Below are positions 1 through 11,100 of a DNA stretch of 64,000 bases, piece after piece. Position numbers and translations under genes: made by a program. The stretch is from assembly GCF_009914755.1 (NCBI RefSeq), contig NC_060932.1; one strand, 5' to 3'. This stretch comes from the human T2T-CHM13v2.0 reference genome, Homo sapiens. Under the pieces are notes generated by a model that saw only the letters and a list, made by a program, of their open reading frames with translations, did no database searches and was not told where the DNA came from. Each line of letters begins with the position of its first letter. The first letter of the stretch is position 1.

Positions 1-133
1 ACAGAAGCATTCTCAGAAACACCTTCGTGATGTTTGCAATCAAGTCACAGAGTTGAACCTTCCGTTTCATAGAGCAGGTTGGAAACACTCTTATTGTAGT
101 ATCTGGAAGTGGACATTTGGAGCGCTTTCAGGC

Positions 134-150
134 CTATGGTGAAAAAGGAA
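134..150 (+). promoter_or_regulatory. pJalpha box (A-type monomer motif), representative copy in M1
   Basis: ctatggtgaaaaaggaa at the monomer position that holds the CENP-B box in B monomers. Variants occur in M3, M5, M7 and M10. Confidence 0.8.
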
Positions 151-641
151 ATATCTTCCCATAAAAACGACATAGAAGCTATCTCAGGAACTTGTTTATG
201 ATGCATCTAATCAACTAACAGTGTTGAACCTTTGTACTGACAGAGCAGTTTGAAACACTCTTTTTTTGGAATCTGCAAGTGGATATTTGGATCGCTTTGA
301 GGATTTCGTTGGAAACGCGATGCAATATAAAACGTACACAGCAGCATACTCAGAAAATACTTTGCCATATTTCCATTCAAGTCACAGAGTGGAACATTCC
401 CATTCATAGAGCAGGTTTGAAACACACTTTTTGGAGTATCTGGAAGTGGACATTTGGAGCGCTTTCTGAACTATGGTGAAAAAGGAAATATCTTCCAATG
501 AAAACAAGACAGAAGCATTCTGAGAAACTTATTTGTGATGTGTGTCCTCAACAAACGGACTTGAACCTTTCGTTTCATGCAGTACTTCTGGAACACTCTT
601 TTTGAAGATTCTGCATGCGGATATTTGGATAGCTTTGAGGA

Positions 642-658
642 TTTCGTTGGAAACGGGC
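642..658 (+). promoter_or_regulatory. CENP-B box, intact, M4 (representative)
   Basis: tttcgttggaaacgggc matches NTTCGNNNNANNCGGGN. Confidence 0.93.
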
Positions 659-979
659 TTACATGTAAAAATTAGACAGCAGCATTCTCAGAAACTTCTT
701 TGTGGTGTCTGCATTCAAGTCACAGAATTGAACTTCCCCTCACATAGAGCAGTTGTGCAGCACTCTATTTGTAGTATCTCGAAGTGGACATTTGGAGGGC
801 TTTGTAGCCTATCTGGAAAAAGGAAATATCTTCCCATGAATGCGAGATAGAAGTAATCTCAGAAACATGTTTATGCTGTATCTACTCAACTAACTGTGCT
901 GAACATTTCTATTGATAGAGCAGTTTTGAGACACTCTTCTTTTGGAATCTGCAAGTGGATATTTGGATAGATTTGAGGA

Positions 980-996
980 TTTCGTTGGAAACGGGA
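980..996 (+). promoter_or_regulatory. CENP-B box, intact, M6 (representative)
   Basis: tttcgttggaaacggga, the canonical 17-mer. Confidence 0.95.
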
Positions 997-1318
997 TTAT
1001 ATATCAAAAGTAGACAGCAGCATTCTCAGAAACTTCTTTGTGATGTTTGCATCCAGCTCTCAGAGTTGAACATTCCCTTTCATAGAGTAGGTTTGAAACC
1101 CTCTTTTTATAGTGTCTGGAAGCGGGCATTTGGAGCGCTTTCAGGCCTATGCTTAAAATAGGAAATATCTACCTATAGAAACTAGACAGAAGCATTCTGA
1201 GAATCACGTTTGTGATGTGGGTACTCAACTAACAGTGTTGATCCATTCTTTTGATACAGCAGTTTTGAACCACACTTTTTGTAGAATCTGCAAGTGGATA
1301 TTTGGATAGCTGTGAGGA

Positions 1319-1335
1319 TTTCGTTGGAAACGGGA
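1319..1335 (+). promoter_or_regulatory. CENP-B box, intact, M8 (representative)
   Basis: tttcgttggaaacggga. Confidence 0.95.
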
Positions 1336-1489
1336 ATGTCTTCATAGAAAATTTAGACAGAAACATTCTCAGAACCTTGATTGTGATGTGTGTTCTCCAC
1401 TAACAGAGTTGAACCTTTCTTTTGACAGAACTGTTCTGAAACATTCTTTTTATAGAATCTGGAAGTGGATATTTGGAAAGCTTTGAGGA

Positions 1490-1506
1490 TTTCGTTGGAA
1501 ACGGGA
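1490..1506 (+). promoter_or_regulatory. CENP-B box, intact, M9 (adjacent B-B pair with M8)
   Basis: tttcgttggaaacggga, only 171 bp after the M8 box. Confidence 0.95.
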
Positions 1507-1831
1507 ATATCTTCAAATCAAATCTAGCCAGAAGCATTCTAAGAAACATCTTAGGGATGTTTACATTCAAGTCACAGAGTTGAACATTCCCTTTCACAGA
1601 GCAGGTTTGAAACAATCTTCTCGTACTATCTGGCAGTGGACATTTTGAGCTCCTTGGGGCCTATGCTGAAAAAGGAAATATCTTCCGACAAAAACTAGAC
1701 AGAAGCATTCGCAGAATCACGTTTGTGATGTGTGCACTCAACTGTCAGAATTGAACCTTGGATTGGACAGAGCACTTTTGAAACACTCTCTTTGTAGAAT
1801 CTGCAGGTGGATATTTGGCTAGCTTTGAGGA

Positions 1832-1848
1832 TTTCGTTGGAAACGGTA
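1832..1848 (+). promoter_or_regulatory. Degenerate CENP-B box of M11 (CGGT instead of CGGG)
   Basis: tttcgttggaaacggta. One of the nine core bases is changed, and the terminal G>T is present in every M11 copy read. Confidence 0.85.
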
Positions 1849-1869
1849 ATGTCTTCAAAGAAAATCTAG

Positions 1870-2550
1870 ACAGAAGCATTCTCAGAAACACCTTCGTGAT
1901 ATTTGCAATCAAGTCACAGAGTTGAACCTTCCGTTTCATAGAGCAGGTTGGAAACACTCTTTTTGTAGTATCTGGAAGTGGACATTTGGAGGGCTTTGTA
2001 GCCTATCTGGAAAAAGGAAATATCTTCCCATGAATGCGAGATAGAAGTAATCTCAGAAACATGTTTATGCTGTATCTACTCAACTAACTGTGCTGAACAT
2101 TTCTATTGATAGAGCAGTTTTGAGACACTCTTCTTTTGGAATCTGCAAGTGGATATTTGGATAGATTTGAGGATTTCGTTGGAAACGGGATTATATATCA
2201 AAAGTAGACAGCAGCATTCTCAGAAACTTCTTTGTGATGTTTGCATCCAGCTCTCAGAGTTGAGCATTCCCTTTCATAGAGTAGGTTTGAAACCCTCTTT
2301 TTATAGTGTCTGGAAGCAGGCATTTGGAGCGCTTTCAGGCCTATGCTTAAAATAGGAAATATCTACCTACAGAAACTAGACAGAAGCATTCTGAGAATCA
2401 CGTTTGTGATGTGGGTACTCAACTAACAGTGTTGATCCATTCTTTTGATACAGCAGTTTTGAACCACACTTTTTGTAGAATCTGCAAGAGGATATTTGGA
2501 TAGCTGTGAGGATTTCGTTGGAAACGGGAATGTCTTCAAAGAAAATCTAG
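1870..2550 (+). repeat. 4-mer HOR variant (M1/5 hybrid, M6, M7, M8/11 hybrid), 681 bp; completes a 2550-bp 15-mer
   Basis: Begins as M1 (gaaacaccttcgtg) and ends as M5 (gagggctttgtagcc). The last monomer begins as M8 (gtgggtact) and ends as M11 (cttcaaagaaaatctag). Confidence 0.9.
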
Positions 2551-5100
2551 ACAGAAGCATTCTCAGAAACACCTTCGTGATGTTTGCAATCAAGTCACAG
2601 AGTTGAACCTTCCGTTTCATAGAGCAGGTTGGAAACACTCTTATTGTAGTATCTGGAAGTGGACATTTGGAGCGCTTTCAGGCCTATGGTGAAAAAGGAA
2701 ATATCTTCCCATAAAAACGACATAGAAGCTATCTCAGGAACTTGTTTATGATGCATCTAATCAACTAACACTGTTGAACCTTTGTACTGACAGAGCAGTT
2801 TGAAACACTCTTTTTTTGGAATCTGCAAGTGGATATTTGGATCGCTTTGAGGATTTCGTTGGAAACGGGATGCAATATAAAACGTACACAGCAGCATACT
2901 CAGAAAATACTTTGCCATATTTCCATTCAAGTCACAGAGTGGAACATTCCCATTCATAGAGCAGGTTTGAAACACTCTTTTTGGAGTATCTGGAAGTGGA
3001 CATTTGGAGCGCTTTCTGAACTATGGTGAAAAAGGAAATATCTTCCAATGAAAACAAGACAGAAGCATTCTGAGAAACTTATTTGTGATGTGTGTCCTCA
3101 ACAAACGGACTTGAACCTTTCGTTTCATGCAGTACTTCTGGAACACTCTTTTTGAAGATTCTGCATGCGGATATTTGGATAGCTTTGAGGATTTCGTTGG
3201 AAACGGGCTTACATGTAAAAATTAGACAGCAGCATTCTCAGAAACTTCTTTGTGGTGTCTGCATTCAAGTCACAGAATTGAACTTCCCCTCACATAGAGC
3301 AGTTGTGCAGCACTCTATTTGTAGTATCTCGAAGTGGACATTTGGAGGGCTTTGTAGCCTATCTGGAAAAAGGAAATATCTTCCCATGAATGCGAGATAG
3401 AAGTAATCTCAGAAACATGTTTATGCTGTATCTACTCAACTAACTGTGCTGAACATTTCTATTGATAGAGCAGTTTTGAGACACTCTTCTTTTGGAATCT
3501 GCAAGTGGATATTTGGATAGATTTGAGGATTTCGTTGGAAACGGGATTATATATCAAAAGTAGACAGCAGCATTCTCAGAAACTTCTTTGTGATGTTTGC
3601 ATCCAGCTCTCAGAGTTGAACATTCCCTTTCATAGAGTAGGTTTGAAACCCTCTTTTTATAGTGTCTGGAAGCGGGCATTTGGAGCGCTTTCAGGCCTAT
3701 GCTTAAAATAGGAAATATCTACCTATAGAAACTAGACAGAAGCATTCTGAGAATCACGTTTGTGATGTGGGTACTCAACTAACAGTGTTGATCCATTCTT
3801 TTGATACAGCAGTTTTGAACCACACTTTTTGTAGAATCTGCAAGTGGATATTTGGATAGCTGTGAGGATTTCGTTGGAAACGGGAATGTCTTCATAGAAA
3901 ATTTAGACAGAAGCATTCTCAGAACCTTGATTGTGATGTGTGTTCTCCACTAACAGAGTTGAACCTTTCTTTTGACAGAACTGTTCTGAAACATTCTTTT
4001 TATAGAATCTGGAAGTGGATATTTGGAAAGCTTTGAGGATTTCGTTGGAAACGGGAATATCTTCAAATCAAATCTAGCCAGAAGCATTCTAAGAAACATC
4101 TTAGGGATGTTTACATTCAAGTCACAGAGTTGAACATTCCCTTTCACAGAGCAGGTTTGAAACAATCTTCTCGTACTATCTGGCAGTGGACATTTTGAGC
4201 TCCTTGGGGCCTATGCTGAAAAAGGAAATATCTTCCGACAAAAACTAGACAGAAGCATTCGCAGAATCACGTTTGTGATGTGTGCACTCAACTGTCAGAA
4301 TTGAACCTTGGTTTGGACAGAGCACTTTTGAAACACTCTTTTTGTAGAATCTGCAGGTGGATATTTGGCTAGCTTTGAGGATTTCGTTGGAAAAAGTAAT
4401 GTCTTCAAAGAAAATCTAGACAGAAGCATTCTCAGAAACAACTTCGTGATGTTTGCAATCAAGTCACAGAGTTGAACCTTCCGTTTCATAGAGCAGGTTG
4501 GAAACACTCTTTTTGTAGTATCTGGAAGTGGACATTTGGAGGGCTTTGTAGCCTATCTGGAAAAAGGAAATATCTTCCCATGAATGCGAGATAGAAGTAA
4601 TCTCAGAAACATCTTTATGCTGTATCTACTCAACTAACTGTGCTGAACATTTCTATTGATAGAGCAGTTTTGAGACACTCTTCTTTTGGAATCTGCAAGT
4701 GGATATTTGGATAGATTTGAGGATTTCGTTGGAAACGGGATTATATATAAAAAGTAGACAGCAGCATTCTCAGAAACTTCTTTGTGATGTTTGCATCCAG
4801 CTCTCAGAGTTGAGCATTCCCTTTCATAGAGTAGGTTTGAAACCCTCTTTTTATAGTGTCTGGAAGCGGGCATTTGGAGCGCTTTCAGGCCTATGCTTAA
4901 AATAGGAAATATCTACCTACAGAAACTAGACAGAAGCATTCTGAGAATCACGTTTGTGATGTGGGTACTCAACTAACAGTGTTGATCCATTCTTTTGATA
5001 CAGCAGTTTTGAACCACACTTTTTGTAGAATCTGCAAGTGGATATTTGGATAGCTGTGAGGATTTCGTTGGAAACGGTAATGTCTTCAAAGAAAATCTAG
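2551..5100 (+). repeat. 15-mer (11-mer 2551-4419 + 4-mer 4420-5100)
   Basis: Exact 2550-bp period relative to 1-2550 (ORF 207 recurs at 2757 and 5307). Confidence 0.92.
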
Positions 5101-8100
5101 ACAGAAGCATTCTCAGAAACACCTTCGTGATGTTTGCAATCAAGTCACAGAGTTGAACCTTCCGTTTCATAGAGCAGGTTGGAAACACTCTTATTGTAGT
5201 ATCTGGAAGTGGACATTTGGAGCGCTTTCAGGCCTATGGTGAAAAAGGAAATATCTTCCCATAAAAACGACATAGAAGCTATCTCAGGAACTTGTTTATG
5301 ATGCATCTAATCAACTAACAGTGTTGAACCTTTGTACTGACAGAGCAGTTTGAAACACTCTTTTTTTGGAATCTGCAAGTGGATATTTGGATCGCTTTGA
5401 GGATTTCGTTGGAAACGGGATGCAATATAAAACGTACACAGCAGCATACTCAGAAAATACTTTGCCATATTTCCATTCAAGTCACAGAGTGGAACATTCC
5501 CATTCATAGAGCAGGTTGGAAACACTCTTTTTGGAGTATCTGGAAGTGGACATTTGGAGCGCTTTCTGAACTATGGTGAAAAAGGAAATATCTTCCAATG
5601 AAAACAAGACAGAAGCATTCTGAGAAACTTATTTGTGATGTGTGTCCTCAACAAACGGACTTGAACCTTTCGTTTCATGCAGTACTTCTGGAACACTCTT
5701 TTTGAAGATTCTGCATGCGGATATTTGGATAGCTTTGAGGATTTCGTTGGAAACGGGCTTACATGTAAAAATTAGACAGCAGCATTCTCAGAAACTTCTT
5801 TGTGGTGTCTGCATTCAAGTCACAGAATTGAACTTCCCCTCACATAGAGCAGTTGTGCAGCACTCTATTTGTAGTATCTGGAAGTGGACATTTGGAGGGC
5901 TTTGTAGCCTATCTGGAAAAAGGAAATATCTTCCCATGAATGCGAGATAGAAGTAATCTCAGAAACATGTTTATGCTGTATCTACTCAACTAACTGTGCT
6001 GAACATTTCTATTGATAGAGCAGTTTTGAGACACTCTTCTTTTGGAATCTGCAAGTGGATATTTGGATAGATTTGAGGATTTCGTTGGAAACGGGATTAT
6101 ATATCAAAAGTAGACAGCAGCATTCTCAGAAACTTCTTTGTGATGTTTGCATCCAGCTCTCAGAGTTGAACATTCCCTTTCATAGAGTAGGTTTGAAACC
6201 CTCTTTTTATAGTGTCTGGAAGCGGGCATTTGGAGCGCATTCAGGCCTATGCTTAAAATAGGAAATATCTACCTACAGAAACTAGACAGAAGCATTCTGA
6301 GAATCACGTTTGTGATGTGGGTACTCAACTAACAGTGTTGATCCATTCTTTTGATACAGCAGTTTTGAACCACACTTTTTGTAGAATCTGCAAGAGGATA
6401 TTTGGATAGCTGTGAGGATTTCGTTGGAAACGGGAATGTCTTCAAAGAAAATCTAGACAGAAGCATTCTCAGAAACACCTTCGTGATGTTTGCAATCAAG
6501 TCACAGAGTTGAACCTTCCGTTTCATAGAGCAGGTTGGAAACACTCTTATTGTAGTATCTGGAAGTGGACATTTGGAGCGCTTTCAGGCCTATGGTGAAA
6601 AAGGAAATATCTTCCCATAAAAACGACATAGAAGCTATCTCAGGAACTTGTTTATGATGCATCTAATCAACTAACAGTGTTGAACCTTTGTACTGACAGA
6701 GCAGTTTGAAACACTCTTTTTTTGGAATCTGCAAGTGGATATTTGGATCGCTTTGAGGATTTCGTTGGAAACGGGATGCAATATAAAACGTACACAGCAG
6801 CATACTCAGAAAATACTTTGCCATATTTCCATTCAAGTCAGAGAGTGGAACATTCCCATTCATAGAGCAGGTTTGAAACACTCTTTTTGGAGTATCTGGA
6901 AGTGGACATTTGGAGCGCTTTCTGAACTATGGTGAAAAAGGAAATATCTTCCAATGAAAACAAGACAGAAGCATTCTGAGAAACTTATTTGTGATGTGTG
7001 TCCTCAACAAACGGACTTGAACCTTTCGTTTCATGCAGTACTTCTGGAACACTCTTTTTGAAGATTCTGCATGCGGATATTTGGATAGCTTTGAGGATTT
7101 CGTTGGAAACGGGCTTACATGTAAAAATTAGACAGCAGCATTCTCAGAAACTTCTTTGTGGTGTCTGCATTCAAGTCACAGAATTGAACTTCCCCTCACA
7201 TAGAGCAGTTGTGCAGCACTCTATTTGTAGTATCTCGAAGTGGACATTTGGAGGGCTTTGTAGCCTATCTGGAAAAAGGAAATATCTTCCCATGAATGCG
7301 AGATAGAAGTAATCTCAGAAACATGTTTATGCTGTATCTACTCAACTAACTGTGCTGAACATTTCTATTGATAGAGCAGTTTTGAGACACTCTTCTTTTG
7401 GAATCTGCAAGTGGATATTTGGATAGATTTGAGGATTTCGTTGGAAACGGGATTATATATCAAAAGTAGACAGCAGCATTCTCAGAAACTTCTTTGTGAT
7501 GTTTGCATCCAGCTCTCAGAGTTGAACATTCCCTTTCATAGAGTAGGTTTGAAACCCTCTTTTTATAGTGTCTGGAAGCGGGCATTTGGAGCGCTTTCAG
7601 GCCTATGCTTAAAATAGGAAATATCTACCTACAGAAACTAGACAGAAGCATTCTGAGAATCACGTTTGTGATGTGGGTACTCAACTAACAGTGTTGATCC
7701 ATTCTTTTGATACAGCAGTTTTGAACCACACTTTTTGTAGAATCTGCAAGAGGATATTTGGATAGCTGTGAGGATTTCGTTGGAAACGGGAATGTCTTCA
7801 AAGAAAATCTAGACAGAAGCATTCTCAGAAACACCTTCGTGATGTTTGCAATCAAGTCACAGAGTTGAACCTTCCGTTTCATAGAGCAGGTTGGAAACAC
7901 TCTTATTGTAGTATCTGGAAGTGGACATTTGGAGCGCTTTCAGGCCTATGGTGAAAAAGGAAATATCTTCCCATAAAAACGACATAGAAGCTATCTCAGG
8001 AACTTGTTTATGATGCATCTAATCAACTAACAGTGTTGAACCTTTGTACTGACAGAGCAGTTTGAAACACTCTTTTTTTGGAATCTGCAAGTGGATATTT

Positions 8101-11100
8101 GGATCGCTTTGAGGATTTCGTTGGAAACGGGATGCAATATAAAACGTACACAGCAGCATACTCAGAAAATACTTTGCCATATTTCCATTCAAGTCACAGA
8201 GTGGAACATTCCCATTCATAGAGCAGGTTTGAAACACACTTTTTGGAGTATCTGGAAGTGGACATTTGGAGCGCTTTCTGAACTATGGTGAAAAAGGAAA
8301 TATCTTCCAATGAAAACAAGACAGAAGCATTCTGAGAAACTTATTTGTGATGTGTGTCCTCACCAAACGGACTTGAACCTTTCGTTTCATGCAGTACTTC
8401 TGGAACACTCTTTTTGAAGATTCTGCATGCGGATATTTGGATAGCTTTGAGGATTTCGTTGGAAACGGGCTTACATGTAAAAATTAGACAGCAGCATTCT
8501 CAGAAACTTCTTTGTGGTGTCTGCATTCAAGTCACAGAATTGAACTTCCCCTCACATAGAGCAGTTGTGCAGCACTCTATTTGTAGTATCTCGAAGTGGA
8601 CATTTGGAGGGCTTTGTAGCCTATCTGGAAAAAGGAAATATCTTCCCATGAATGCGAGATAGAAGTAATCTCAGAAACATGTTTATGCTGTATCTACTCA
8701 ACTAACTGTGCTGAACATTTCTATTGATAGAGCAGTTTTGAGACACTCTTCTTTTGGAATCTGCAAGTGGATATTTGGATAGATTTGAGGATTTCGTTGG
8801 AAACGGGATTATATATAAAAAGTAGACAGCAGCATTCTCAGAAACTTCTTTGTGATGTTTGCATCCAGCTCTCAGAGTTGAACATTCCCTTTCATAGAGT
8901 AGGTTTGAAACCCTCTTTTTATAGTGTCTGCAAGCGGGCATTTGGAGCGCTTTCAGGCCTATGCTTAAAATAGGAAATATCTACCTACAGAAACTAGACA
9001 GAAGCATTCTGAGAATCACGTTTGTGATGTGGGTACTCAACTAACAGTGTTGATCCATTCTTTTGATACAGCAGTTTTGAACCACACTTTTTGTAGAATC
9101 TGCAAGAGGATATTTGGATAGCTGTGAGGATTTCGTTGGAAACGGGAATGTCTTCAAAGAAAATCTAGACAGAAGCATTCTCAGAAACACCTTCGTGATG
9201 TTTGCAATCAAGTCACAGAGTTGAACCTTCCGTTTCATAGAGCAGGTTGGAAACACTCTTATTGTAGTATCTGGAAGTGGACATTTGGAGCGCTTTCAGG
9301 CCTATGGTGAAAAAGGAAATATCTTCCCATAAAAACGACATAGAAGCTATCTCAGGAACTTGTTTATGATGCATCTAATCAACTAACAGTGTTGAACCTT
9401 TGTACTGACAGAGCAGTTTGAAACACTCTTTTTTTGGAATCTGCAAGTGGATATTTGGATCGCTTTGAGGATTTCGTTGGAAACGGGATGCAATATAAAA
9501 CGTACACAGCAGCATACTCAGAAAATACTTTGCCATATTTCCATTCAAGTCACAGAGTGGAACATTCCCATTCATAGAGCAGGTTTGAAACACTCTTTTT
9601 GGAGTATCTGGAAGTGGACATTTGGAGCGCTTTCTGAACTATGGTGAAAAAGGAAATATCTTCCAATGAAAACAAGACAGAAGCATTCTGAGAAACTCAT
9701 TTGTGATGTGTGTCCTCAACAAACGGACTTGAACCTTTCGTTTCATGCAGTACTTCTGGAACACTCTTTTTGAAGATTCTGCATGCGGATATTTGGATAG
9801 CTTTGAGGATTTCGTTGGAAACGGGCTTACATGTAAAAATTAGACAGCAGCATTCTCAGAAACTTCTTTGTGGTGTCTGCATTCAAGTCACAGAATTGAA
9901 CTTCCCCTCACATAGAGCAGTTGTGCAGCACTCTATTTGTAGTATCTGGAAGTGGACATTTGGAGGGCTTTGTAGCCTATGTGGAAAAAGGAAATATCTT
10001 CCCATGAATGCGAGATAGAAGTAATCTCAGAAACATGTTTATGCTGTATCTACTCAACTAACTGTGCTGAACATTTCTATTGATAGAGCAGTTTTGAGAC
10101 ACTCTTCTTTTGGAATCTGCAAGTGGATATTTGGATAGATTTGAGGATTTCGTTGGAAACGGGATTATATATCAAAAGTAGACAGCAGCATTCTCAGAAA
10201 CTTCTTTGTGATGTTTGCATCCAGCTCTCAGAGTTGAACATTCCCTTTCATAGAGTAGGTTTGAAACCCTCTTTTTATAGTGTCTGGAAGCGGGCATTTG
10301 GAGCGCTTTCAGGCCTATGCTTAAAATAGGAAATATCTACCTACAGAAACTAGACAGAAGCATTCTGAGAATCACGTTTGTGATGTGGGTACTCAACTAA
10401 CAGTGTTGATCCATTCTTTTGATACAGCAGTTTTGAACCACACTTTTTGTAGAATCTGCAAGAGGATATTTGGATAGCTGTGAGGATTTCGTTGGAAACG
10501 GGAATGTCTTCAAAGAAAATCTAGACAGAAGCATTCTCAGAAACACCTTCGTGATGTTTGCAATCAAGTCACAGAGTTGAACCTTCCGTTTCATAGAGCA
10601 GGTTGGAAACACTCTTATTGTAGTATCTGGAAGTGGACATTTGGAGCGCTTTCAGGCCTATGGTGAAAAAGGAAATATCTTCCCATAAAAACGACATAGA
10701 AGCTATCTCAGGAACTTGTTTATGATGCATCTAATCAACTAACAGTGTTGAACCTTTGTACTGACAGAGCAGTTTGAAACACTCTTTTTTTGGAATCTGC
10801 AAGTGGATATTTGGATCGCTTTGAGGATTTCGTTGGAAACGGGATGCAATATAAAACGTACACAGCAGCATACTCAGAAAATACTTTGCCATATTTCCAT
10901 TCAAGTCACAGAGTGGAACATTCCCATTCATAGAGCAGGTTTGAAACACTCTTTTTGGAGTATCTGGAAGTGGACATTTGGAGCGCTTTCTGAACTATGG
11001 TGAAAAAGGAAATATCTTCCAATGAAAACAAGACAGAAGCATTCTGAGAAACTTATTTGTGATGTGTGTCCTCAACAAACGGACTTGAACCTTTCGTTTC

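Larger units (their letters stand above)
1..1869 (+). repeat. Full-length 11-mer HOR (M1-M11), used as reference unit
   Basis: Monomer lengths 171,166,171,167,171,167,172,171,171,171,171 sum to 1869. Box pattern is A B A B A B A B B A B. Confidence 0.93.

Noticed and set aside
990-1015. TATA-like tatatataaaaag / tatatatcaaaag after the M6 box as a promoter
   Set aside because: An AT-rich polymorphic satellite segment. The sequence alone gives no evidence of transcription initiation.
1-2550. 15-mer as the fundamental HOR
   Set aside because: It decomposes into 11+4 (or 8+7) with M6-M7 present twice, and free 11-, 8- and 7-mers occur in tandem elsewhere in the window.
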